IMG/VR virus record: IMGVR_UViG_3300032319_000568
Span: 1-64,000 of that record
Direction: 5' to 3' (one strand)
Length of the DNA stretch: 64,000 nucleotides
From: a virus
Taxonomy: Duplodnaviria; Caudoviricetes
Part shown: positions 1-7,966 of the stretch, piece after piece
How positions within the stretch are numbered: position 1 is the stretch's first letter
Layout of the letters: each line of letters starts with the position of its first letter
Notes under the pieces: generated by a model
The model's database searches: none
What the model was told of the DNA's origin: nothing
What the model saw: the letters and a program-made list of their open reading frames with translations, nothing else
Program-made: the position numbers and the translations under genes

Positions 1-89
1 CGAATATGTGAAAGATTTCTATAGATACGGGATTGGTAATCTGGTACATTTATCAATGGTGGATTGTATTTAATTTTAACGATGGCCAT
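1..89 (-). CDS. C-terminal fragment of split GT2 glycosyltransferase (partial, runs off window)
   Basis: Manual translation from ATG at 89: MAIVKIKYNPPLINVPDYQSRIYRNLSHIR; NxPDYQxRIYRN is the motif that normally follows WGW in this phage GT2 family; ATG overlaps the end of the endonuclease ORF. Confidence 0.75.
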   Translation of the reverse strand, partial: MAIVKIKYNPPLINVPDYQSRIYRNLSHI

Positions 90-876
90 AATATTTTTCT
101 AATAAAAATTCTTTTGTGATCGAACTTTTTGTATTTTTTGTACTATTCTGATTTGAAGGAATAAATTCAAGATTGTTAATAGAACCTATTATTTCCGGAT
201 TTATACCATTGTTAAACCCTTGTTTAACACTAAACTTGTGATCCAAACTATACGAACCAGATATTTCTATTCGAGCACGTTTATTATGATTTTCTAATTT
301 TGTTAAATCGTTTTGATTTGTATAATACCATACTAATTGTTTATATTGTTCCCATTCTGATTTTTGAGACAGTGGTGTAAAGTATCCAAGATCTTCCATA
401 GTTTTTCTCCAATGGTCAACACATCTATTTTCCGATACAGATTTTGCAACTTTGTCTCTGTATTCTTCGTTTTTCCAGAACAATTCACTGTGTTTTCCTA
501 TGATTCTTTTAGTACTTTCATCATGCTTAAATCCTGTATGATTTTTTACATTATTGTTTATAATTTCACTTGTATGTTTTGTTAATCCTTTATTCCAAGG
601 TGGATTATTCTTTCTATATTCAATCATTCGTTTAGAATGTAATTCTCCTATTTTTTTCAAAGAAGCATTATTTTCTTTCGTCAAACCCAAACTCCAACAT
701 CCACATTTTGAACATTTTCGATTTTGTCTGAAACAACACCTAGCCGATGTGATATTTTTATGAAAAATATCGTTTAAACAATGTGGACATTTTCTAATCC
801 AAATAGATTTTCCTTCATTATTTTTAATTTCTTTTATTGAAGAATAATCAAATTTAGTCGTGCCTATGGGTCTCAT
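76..876 (-). CDS. HNH homing endonuclease with Zn-finger and NUMOD3-like DNA-binding repeats
   Basis: CxxC pairs, PWNKGLTK and HTGFKHDESTKRIIG motifs; C-terminal SLDHKF...NNLEFI...N HNH-like core. Confidence 0.8.
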   Translation of the reverse strand: MRPIGTTKFDYSSIKEIKNNEGKSIWIRKCPHCLNDIFHKNITSARCCFRQNRKCSKCGCWSLGLTKENNASLKKIGELHSKRMIEYRKNNPPWNKGLTKHTSEIINNNVKNHTGFKHDESTKRIIGKHSELFWKNEEYRDKVAKSVSENRCVDHWRKTMEDLGYFTPLSQKSEWEQYKQLVWYYTNQNDLTKLENHNKRARIEISGSYSLDHKFSVKQGFNNGINPEIIGSINNLEFIPSNQNSTKNTKSSITKEFLLEKYYGHR

Positions 877-921
877 ATTATTATATAATCGTGATTGATA
901 TGGAATGTATATTAATACATA

Positions 922-1437
922 TTAATTAATTTTATGTTCTTCTAATATTAATCCTTTATTTTTTAAGAATTTATATTCGTCGGAGGTATCATCAATTAAT
1001 TTTTCGTGTATTAAATCTTTAAATGTATTACAATTCCATCCCCACATTTTTACATCTTCATCCGTAACCCCTATAAAGTAATTTAAACGTGGTAACCAAA
1101 TTACTTCGTTGTTGTTGTTAGATTCTAATATAGCATCTATATTTTCAATTAGTGCATCTGTGGGTACTTCATCACCATCCAATTGAAACACCCACTCACC
1201 TTTACAGAGTCCGATGCCATAATTTTTATGAACGCCATAGTTTCTTTCTAATTTATGTTGTTGGAAATTTACCGTGTCTTTAAACGTTTGTATAATTTCC
1301 AAAGTCTTTGGATTATCCGAATAATCATCAAGAAGAACAATTTCATGGTTATCTTTTTTGTTTTGAACTAATTTAGATAATAGCTTTTCTAAACTATCAG
1401 TTTCATTATGACACGTTACTAGATACGATAAAAACAT
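922..1437 (-). CDS. GT2 glycosyltransferase, N-terminal fragment
   Basis: YLVTCHNE start, LLDDYSD, WVFQLDGDE (DxD), WLPRLN...WGW; stops before the PDYQ motif. Confidence 0.85.
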   Translation of the reverse strand: MFLSYLVTCHNETDSLEKLLSKLVQNKKDNHEIVLLDDYSDNPKTLEIIQTFKDTVNFQQHKLERNYGVHKNYGIGLCKGEWVFQLDGDEVPTDALIENIDAILESNNNNEVIWLPRLNYFIGVTDEDVKMWGWNCNTFKDLIHEKLIDDTSDEYKFLKNKGLILEEHKIN

Positions 1438-1438
1438 A

Positions 1439-2815
1439 TTAAACGGTCTTAAGTTTAGGAAGAACTATTTTATTTTCGATATTAGTTGCATTACCCGTTG
1501 ATTTTAACTTGGGTAGTACAAACTGATTTTCCACTGCAAATGAAGGTACATATTTGTCTAATAGTTCCCACAGACGTTTATCCATAGCAGTAATACTAAA
1601 CTTTTCTGAATTTTCTTTACGTAGAAGTTCTGCATTTTTAGTAAATTTGTCACTTTTACGTGCAAAGTAAACTTGTTTCATTTTATCTTCTGCTAATGAA
1701 TACGCTACCTTGAACCACTTACTTTCTTTAATAATCCACTGGTTGACAGACTTTTTATCTACGTCAATTAGACTACCGGGCAACAGATTAGAAATATCCG
1801 GATTTAGATAATCTAAATGGCCACTCCAGTTAGGTGCTAGTAATGGTTTACCACTTAGTGTTGATAGAAGTAATGGATGACCAAATCCTTCACCATGTGT
1901 AAATGAAATATGAGCAATAACCTTTTCATGATTAAACAAAGCATTCATTTCCTGTTCTGATAATTCACCATGTAACAGATAAACATTTGGAACGTTTTTA
2001 CCAATACTATCACGTATCTTTTTAATCTTACTTAACATTTCAAACCGATCTACTATAGAGTAAGCATGTCCACTTGTTTTAACAATCAAACACGGCCGAT
2101 CATTTTCGGATTGATTCTTAAATGATGTACAAAATGTCTTGATTAGGTTCCCAATATCTTTACGATCATTGTATAATCCACCGTGCGTCCATTGACCCAC
2201 GAATAAAAAGGCACTAGATTCTTCAATCTTGGACATCGATTCTTCTACAGACGTTATCTTTTCATCTGTCTTTTTGAAGACATTTGTATCGGCTCCCCAG
2301 AAACAAACCTCAAGTGGTTTTTCAACTTGAATACTTACTTGCTGACCATTCTCAAATTGTTTTGCCATTTTAACCTCGGTAAACGTTTTCTTTACGTGAT
2401 TTGACAACCCAATAGTTAGGTCCATTCTGTTAACACCTTCTATCCAACTGCCAGGTGGAATCGTAGTTTCAATACCCGCAGTCATACCGATGTTATATTT
2501 ACCCACAGACTGAAATTCTTCTGGAATTGTTAATTGAATAAATACATCTGGTTGTTTATTTAGATTTCCTTGTAAAAATTTACTAGCTAGAATCTTATCT
2601 TCTGGATCGGTTAAATCTTCAAGAAAACGCTTACTTTGACAATTACCCCATCTAGTAGGTGCAATTTTAACGTCGAACTTATCATAACGAACGATGCTTT
2701 TTGCTACTGTAGTTGCCCAGTCGCCGTATCCGCTACGATTAAATACTGGTCCTGAAATTAGACATAATGGTTTGTTCATATTATTGATTAAATTGATTTG
2801 TATCTCTTTCCGCAA
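1439..2815 (-). CDS. GT4-like (GT-B) glycosyltransferase
   Basis: SGYG start motif, RKDI, SFTHGEGFGHPLL (ExFG), NWSGHLDY. Confidence 0.8.
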   Translation of the reverse strand: MRKEIQINLINNMNKPLCLISGPVFNRSGYGDWATTVAKSIVRYDKFDVKIAPTRWGNCQSKRFLEDLTDPEDKILASKFLQGNLNKQPDVFIQLTIPEEFQSVGKYNIGMTAGIETTIPPGSWIEGVNRMDLTIGLSNHVKKTFTEVKMAKQFENGQQVSIQVEKPLEVCFWGADTNVFKKTDEKITSVEESMSKIEESSAFLFVGQWTHGGLYNDRKDIGNLIKTFCTSFKNQSENDRPCLIVKTSGHAYSIVDRFEMLSKIKKIRDSIGKNVPNVYLLHGELSEQEMNALFNHEKVIAHISFTHGEGFGHPLLLSTLSGKPLLAPNWSGHLDYLNPDISNLLPGSLIDVDKKSVNQWIIKESKWFKVAYSLAEDKMKQVYFARKSDKFTKNAELLRKENSEKFSITAMDKRLWELLDKYVPSFAVENQFVLPKLKSTGNATNIENKIVLPKLKTV

Positions 2816-3470
2816 TTAGCTGACTATATTTTTTTGGTGTTTCCAATTTATTTAAATTTGCATATAATGATTCAATTGTATTGGATCGAATTGATTCTGA
2901 TACTACATTATCTTTTTTTTTAACATCTGTACTACCAAATCCACCTTCACCTCTATCTGTAGAATCTAGTTCATCTACCAAAATAAATTCTATATTTTCT
3001 ACTTTTGTTATTTTGAGTTGACATACTTTATCGCCCTTATTATAGAGTTTAGTGGTGTTAACGTTACCTTCCAATAGATTATCAGTTCTAATTCTATAAT
3101 CTTCTGGTTGCCAGATATATTTGAAACGGAGTAATACTTCTCCACGATAATCTGCGTCGATCAATCCAACACTATTAGCCAACACCAAGTTATACTTACT
3201 AACACTACTACGAGGAAATGCTAGAATATCATAATCTAAATCAGTATAGCCAAAGCTACTAAACACTCTATCTTTTTGTACAGCTAGTTTAAGATTGGTC
3301 TTATATTGAATGTAATCTACCCGTTTATACGTACCATTATCATATAGTTCTCCAACAATTTCTGGATCACTTGTAGCAACTACATCAAAACCAGTAGCTC
3401 TATCAGTAGCTTTTTTTGGTAAGTTTTCAACGTCTTGATAATCTTCGTTTTTTAATACTTGAATTTTCAT
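2781..3470 (-). CDS. dut: dUTPase (trimeric type)
   Basis: Five motifs: ATGFDV, FPRSS, GLIDADYRGE, GDKVCQL, RGEGGFGST. Confidence 0.92.
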   Translation of the reverse strand: MKIQVLKNEDYQDVENLPKKATDRATGFDVVATSDPEIVGELYDNGTYKRVDYIQYKTNLKLAVQKDRVFSSFGYTDLDYDILAFPRSSVSKYNLVLANSVGLIDADYRGEVLLRFKYIWQPEDYRIRTDNLLEGNVNTTKLYNKGDKVCQLKITKVENIEFILVDELDSTDRGEGGFGSTDVKKKDNVVSESIRSNTIESLYANLNKLETPKKYSQLIAERDTNQFNQ

Positions 3471-4432
3471 GAAATGGTTTGTTTAATAGCTTCCAAATTT
3501 ACAGCGTGTAAATCAAATCCTAGTTTATCGTTAGGTAATGATTTAATATCATAACCATTGCTGGTAAAGATGTCAAATGATTTAACTGGGGTAAAATTAT
3601 TTAATGTGAAATCCATAGCTTTAATAAATTGATCGCACATGTTTTTACTGTTGATTCCTCCTTCATTCATTGCCCATTTACGACCTTCCATGCCATATTG
3701 CTCACGTTTTTCACTATTATGTAAATACCAATAAGCAATAGCATCTGCAATGTCTGTATAACTAACTAAATCATCCATGATATATGGAGTGGGAGGACTG
3801 CCTTGTAAATTTTGTACTTTGGTCCAAACTGGCTTAGCCCAAACTCCATGTTTCTTATATCTACCAGTAGTATTGGTACCAAATTCTAAATTAAATTCTA
3901 CATTGTTACCATCGTCTGTAACAATGCCCAACTGATCTTGTAGACCCCCAGTAACAGTTGCAATTACAGGAGTACCACACATAATACTTTCAGCTATGCT
4001 TAGACCAAATCCTTCATTGGAACTAACATTAGCAGTAACATCTGCTAAATTATAGAACGCAACCATTTCTTCTGGTGTTCTACGAGAGTCATTCAAGACC
4101 ACTTTATATTCTGGACACACTGATTGAATCGTAGCTACAAGATCAGTACCAGCTTCACACACTTTATCGGTGTGCATAATCAAAGCACATTTCTTGGCCT
4201 GTTCTGGATCAATAGAAGCACAAAATGACTTAAATGCTAGTATCAGATTGGCTGGATGTTTACGATGTGCATTTCGGCTGTTAAATGCTACGACGAAATT
4301 GTATTCATCATCACCAAGTAGTTCTTTCTTCAACTTAAGAACTGAAGAATCACCTTTTGGAAGTGGTTTAAATTCATTGCTGTTAATACCATGTGGTACC
4401 AAGTGTAATAGATGTTTTCCTTTTACTGGCAT
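3467..4432 (-). CDS. GT4-like glycosyltransferase, C-terminal half
   Basis: VPHGIN, RNAHRK, SSNEGFGLS...GTPVI; lacks N-terminal domain, which is the adjacent ORF. Confidence 0.8.
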   Translation of the reverse strand: MPVKGKHLLHLVPHGINSNEFKPLPKGDSSVLKLKKELLGDDEYNFVVAFNSRNAHRKHPANLILAFKSFCASIDPEQAKKCALIMHTDKVCEAGTDLVATIQSVCPEYKVVLNDSRRTPEEMVAFYNLADVTANVSSNEGFGLSIAESIMCGTPVIATVTGGLQDQLGIVTDDGNNVEFNLEFGTNTTGRYKKHGVWAKPVWTKVQNLQGSPPTPYIMDDLVSYTDIADAIAYWYLHNSEKREQYGMEGRKWAMNEGGINSKNMCDQFIKAMDFTLNNFTPVKSFDIFTSNGYDIKSLPNDKLGFDLHAVNLEAIKQTIS

Positions 4433-4433
4433 A

Positions 4434-4985
4434 TTAAATGTTCTCCTTGATTAAATTTCCGTTACTGTCAAAATCTCCATCAATACTGGTACAATTTTCC
4501 GGTCCTAGTACCCATTTATTAATATTGTGCGTTTGTTTACTTATTGAAAATAAAGCATCACAACTTTGATAAAAGGGTTTATTCCACATAGGATACGGTA
4601 AATCATCCCATATTGTTAAATATGTTAGTGGGATTTTACTACGAATTTGATGTTCGATATTATATAACCAACCCCAAAAACGTGGATCTGTGAAGTGCAT
4701 AATCGCATCTGGTTTTTCTAGAGCCATTATTTGATATAGAACTTCTTCATCGCCATAACCATCGACAGGATATAATTTGAGATAGTTGTCGGATCTGCCG
4801 TTTAGTTTATCACACGCATCCTTCATATCAACGATCTTACCTTGATCAGGATGTTTTATAGCTCCGGCAATTTGTACCCAATCATAATGATGAAGTGTAC
4901 CTAACACCAATTCTCGACTCATTGTGGCTACACCACTATGCATTCTTAGATCGTCACTTAATAATAATATCTTTTTCTTTTTCAT
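4434..4985 (-). CDS. GT4-like glycosyltransferase, N-terminal half
   Basis: KILLLSDD...SGVA, HFTDPRFW, WDDLPYP, ISKQT; 1 nt from next ATG (TAA T ATG). Confidence 0.8.
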   Translation of the reverse strand: MKKKKILLLSDDLRMHSGVATMSRELVLGTLHHYDWVQIAGAIKHPDQGKIVDMKDACDKLNGRSDNYLKLYPVDGYGDEEVLYQIMALEKPDAIMHFTDPRFWGWLYNIEHQIRSKIPLTYLTIWDDLPYPMWNKPFYQSCDALFSISKQTHNINKWVLGPENCTSIDGDFDSNGNLIKENI

Positions 4986-5197
4986 TTGGATTCCTTTGAT
5001 AATGAAAATGGAGCATCAAAACTTAATTTTTGAGATATACTTTCGCTTATCTCAGATTGAAAATGTGAATCCGATAAATACCGTTCAAGACATTTATTAA
5101 CAAAATCTTGAAAGGATACTTTACCTCGTATATTCAGTTCTTTAAACTGATTATATAATTCTTGATTAAGTTTTACAGTTGTAACAAATTGATCCAT
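4982..5197 (-). CDS. Small ribbon-helix-helix-like DNA-binding protein
   Basis: TTVKLNQELYNQFK...SFQDFVNKCLERYL gives a beta-alpha-alpha pattern; ATG at 5197 preferred over track start 5224. Confidence 0.55.
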   Translation of the reverse strand: MDQFVTTVKLNQELYNQFKELNIRGKVSFQDFVNKCLERYLSDSHFQSEISESISQKLSFDAPFSLSKESK

Positions 5198-5198
5198 A

Positions 5199-5236
5199 AC
5201 ATATGTACATATATAGATATACACATATGTACATAT
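5199..5236. promoter_or_regulatory. Tandem palindromic operator-like repeat
   Basis: ACATATGTACATAT at 5199-5212 and 5223-5236; each contains the perfect palindrome ATATGTACATAT; directly upstream of the RHH-like gene. Confidence 0.55.
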
Positions 5237-5239
5237 TAA

Positions 5240-6121
5240 TTATAATTTGGTAGCTTTTCCATCGCACAATTTTTTATGGTGTGTACAATATTTACAGTTC
5301 TTTTTACTTTTACCAGGAACTTTTATATATTGATTGATTTCATTATATGTTCCATCTGAGTTAAACCCAAAATCTAAAAATTCGATAAAACTATGAATGC
5401 TTTCTTTAATTGCCGTGGGACCAGCATTTGGCTTGAATATTTGAATTCTACTTTGTGGAAAACTTACATTTTCATATAACTTACGTTTAACAATAAAGAA
5501 TTCTACTTCGATATTATTCAATGGTACATTAAACTTTTTGCTATAAACGCTTTTGTATAGATGTAACTGTGCAATTTTACTTACATCTTCTTTCATGTAA
5601 CTATTCCAACCACTACTGGATGTTTTAAAGTCAATAATACGATAGTATTCTTTATCTCGTTCTTTCAAAACAAGATCAATAAATCCGACAAATTCTACAT
5701 TATTCTTGATTGGAATTTCCAATGGAATTTCGATACCAACTAGTTCATAATCTTTAGTAGGAAAATGTTTAAGTCTATTAGCACTTTTACAGAATGTATC
5801 GATAATATCATTACCATCAAAAATAAAATCGGTAAACTCTTCTTCTTTTATATCTTTTACTTTTTTAATTTCTTCATTAAACTTATCCAAGAATAGTTTC
5901 TTTACATCTAATGCATCAGCAATGCCTACACCTTCGTTATAGAGTGAAGTAAGATATGTTTGAAACGCATGATGGATAGAAGTACCAAATGTGGTATTGA
6001 TATTGTCATCTTTAACCCGAAGATTCTTGACATAATCTAAATGCCATTTATTTGGACACTTTAGATATGTAGCGTATTGACTAAAGCTAACCCTCTTCTT
6101 TTTTATTTCTTCAATTGACAT
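5240..6121 (-). CDS. Cas4/AddB-like PD-(D/E)XK exonuclease
   Basis: GFIDLV...IIDFKTS; N-terminal CP plus C-terminal CKYC...C (Fe-S staple pattern). Confidence 0.85.
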   Translation of the reverse strand: MSIEEIKKKRVSFSQYATYLKCPNKWHLDYVKNLRVKDDNINTTFGTSIHHAFQTYLTSLYNEGVGIADALDVKKLFLDKFNEEIKKVKDIKEEEFTDFIFDGNDIIDTFCKSANRLKHFPTKDYELVGIEIPLEIPIKNNVEFVGFIDLVLKERDKEYYRIIDFKTSSSGWNSYMKEDVSKIAQLHLYKSVYSKKFNVPLNNIEVEFFIVKRKLYENVSFPQSRIQIFKPNAGPTAIKESIHSFIEFLDFGFNSDGTYNEINQYIKVPGKSKKNCKYCTHHKKLCDGKATKL

Positions 6122-6172
6122 TCTATCATGTTAATGTATAATTAATAAAAGTCAATCTATAAAAACTATATA

Positions 6173-6910
6173 TTGTATATGAAAAAATTTCTAACTATTC
6201 TATTGACCGCACTTAATCTACACGCAAACGATCTATTTCTATATGATAAGAACAATGATGTAGAATTAACCGAGGTAATTAACAACAAACTAAACATATT
6301 GCCTACTACTATAGGTAAAACGTATACTATTACTAATAGTCTCAATATAAACACAACTAACTCTAGTGTGTCATATATATTACCATATCGTATTGCAGTG
6401 TATCATAAAGAAAACACGTCTACGTACTTCAATCAAACAAGTACTGAGTATGTTAATGATTTTAAATTGCCAGAGGTAGTTAAAGTAAAAGATGCAATGT
6501 TTAACTTTACAGTAAATGGTGAACTGTATTGTGTTAGTGAAAGTACCAATGTCAATACACTACTCACAACGTTATGCAGTGTGGCATTTACTCAATCTAC
6601 ATTCTTTGTTAAATCTAACGAAAAGTTTACCCACTTGTATGTAGTTAGTGGTATGGTAACAGCTTTGGATAATAAGTCTAAGAAGAAGAAAGAATTAAAA
6701 TCAGGCGACTATTTGGTGGTTACCCCACAGATAATCATGAACGCTAGAGAAGCTAGTGTTACAAGATTGGGTAATAGTTTTAGTGTTAAAGAAGTAGAAG
6801 ATGAAGAAAAAGACGTACATTCTAAGGAATTAACCACATTAAAATCTAAGTTGGATAACACACTATTTGTAAATTACGGACAAAGCATTTTTGGAATTAA
6901 ACTAAAATGA
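6173..6910 (+). CDS. Signal-peptide protein with FecR-like beta domain
   Basis: MKKFLTILLTALNLHA signal-like start; STFFV...THLYVVSGMV...ELKSGDYLVV resembles FecR. Confidence 0.5.
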   Translation: MYMKKFLTILLTALNLHANDLFLYDKNNDVELTEVINNKLNILPTTIGKTYTITNSLNINTTNSSVSYILPYRIAVYHKENTSTYFNQTSTEYVNDFKLPEVVKVKDAMFNFTVNGELYCVSESTNVNTLLTTLCSVAFTQSTFFVKSNEKFTHLYVVSGMVTALDNKSKKKKELKSGDYLVVTPQIIMNAREASVTRLGNSFSVKEVEDEEKDVHSKELTTLKSKLDNTLFVNYGQSIFGIKLK

Positions 6911-7134
6911 AATTAGATCATCTAGAGTCTCTTACAGAAGACGAATTAGCAATGTTGTGGTTTTGTATAAATAAAATTGATCCACCTGTGTTAAGTGGTA
7001 TTGAATTAGAACCTGTTTTATTTACATCTATTAAACATAAACGGTTGATGGACAGAATATTACAGTGTGCGCAACACGTAAAAGAAGAACATCACGCAGT
7101 TTTCACTGGACTTATCAATAAGTTGAAGATATAA
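6907..7134 (+). CDS. Hypothetical protein
   Basis: ORF with ATGA overlap to the previous gene. Confidence 0.6.
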   Translation: MKLDHLESLTEDELAMLWFCINKIDPPVLSGIELEPVLFTSIKHKRLMDRILQCAQHVKEEHHAVFTGLINKLKI

Positions 7135-7188
7135 AAAAAAATATTCAGTCGTTTTATGTTCCGTTGCAATATATATTAATATAGTTAT

Positions 7189-7344
7189 ATGGGAAGAAAA
7201 AAACTTAATAGAACTGAAAATGAATTGCGAGAACAAAAACGAATTCGGGACAAAAAATATTACGCTCGACATAAATCAAAACTTTTGCAAAAAAGAATGC
7301 AACGATATTGGCAAAATGTGGATAAAAAATTGTCCGACGTGTGA
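7189..7344 (+). CDS. Small basic MGRK-type leader protein (51 aa)
   Basis: Manual translation MGRKKLNRTENELREQKRIRDKKYYARHKSKLLQKRMQRYW...; similar to 56614-56757. Confidence 0.6.
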   Translation: MGRKKLNRTENELREQKRIRDKKYYARHKSKLLQKRMQRYWQNVDKKLSDV

Positions 7345-7966
7345 TGTAAAGCAGTCTTATAAAAGCAAAAGATCTTTTTGGAATGCAAACAAATTAAATT
7401 CTATTTGTAGATCTTGTAAAAATAAAGGAACGAATAATCCTTTTTACGGAAAAAAACATACAACGGAACATAAAAATAAACTATCTGTTATTCAAAAAAC
7501 AGAAGGATCTTTTAGATATAAACAGTTCGGCGGTAATCCTAAAAAAATAGATAAAATTTGTAAAAAATGTAGTTTTAAATTTAAAACCGTTTATTCGAAT
7601 AAAAGTGTATATTGTTGTTACAAGTGCGCATTAAAAGATAATTTTGGTTTTAGTTTTAACAAAATGACAAAACCTGAAATTGAAGTTGAAAAATATTTAA
7701 AAGATTCTAATATAGAATATAAATACAATTATGAATTATGTGGTAAGTTATATGATTTTTATATACCATCTACTAATACTTTAATTGAAGTCGATGGAAT
7801 TTATTGGCACGGTAAAAATAAAAAATTAAATGAATTAAATAAAACTCAGTTGAAAAATCATAAAAACGACAAAATAAAAACTGGACTTGCGAAGAAACAC
7901 GGTTATAATTTAATTAGAATCTGGGAAGATGATGTAAAAAATGTATCAAAATATATACGTAGATAA
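7220..7966 (+). CDS. Vsr/DUF559-like endonuclease with Zn-finger and NUMOD3 (likely homing endonuclease)
   Basis: NPFYGKKHT NUMOD3; PEIEVEKYL...YDFYIP...LIEVDGIYWH; probable start MWIKNC near 7316. Confidence 0.8.
   Translation: MNCENKNEFGTKNITLDINQNFCKKECNDIGKMWIKNCPTCDVKQSYKSKRSFWNANKLNSICRSCKNKGTNNPFYGKKHTTEHKNKLSVIQKTEGSFRYKQFGGNPKKIDKICKKCSFKFKTVYSNKSVYCCYKCALKDNFGFSFNKMTKPEIEVEKYLKDSNIEYKYNYELCGKLYDFYIPSTNTLIEVDGIYWHGKNKKLNELNKTQLKNHKNDKIKTGLAKKHGYNLIRIWEDDVKNVSKYIRR

Noticed and set aside
877-921. Group I intron or ribosomal bypass joining the GT2 halves
   Set aside because: Only a 6-bp AT hairpin; no P/Q/R/S elements, and the gap is over 800 nt
5240-6121. Cas4 as evidence of a CRISPR-Cas system
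   Set aside because: Solo Cas4-like exonucleases are common in phage replication modules; no cas1/cas2 or array
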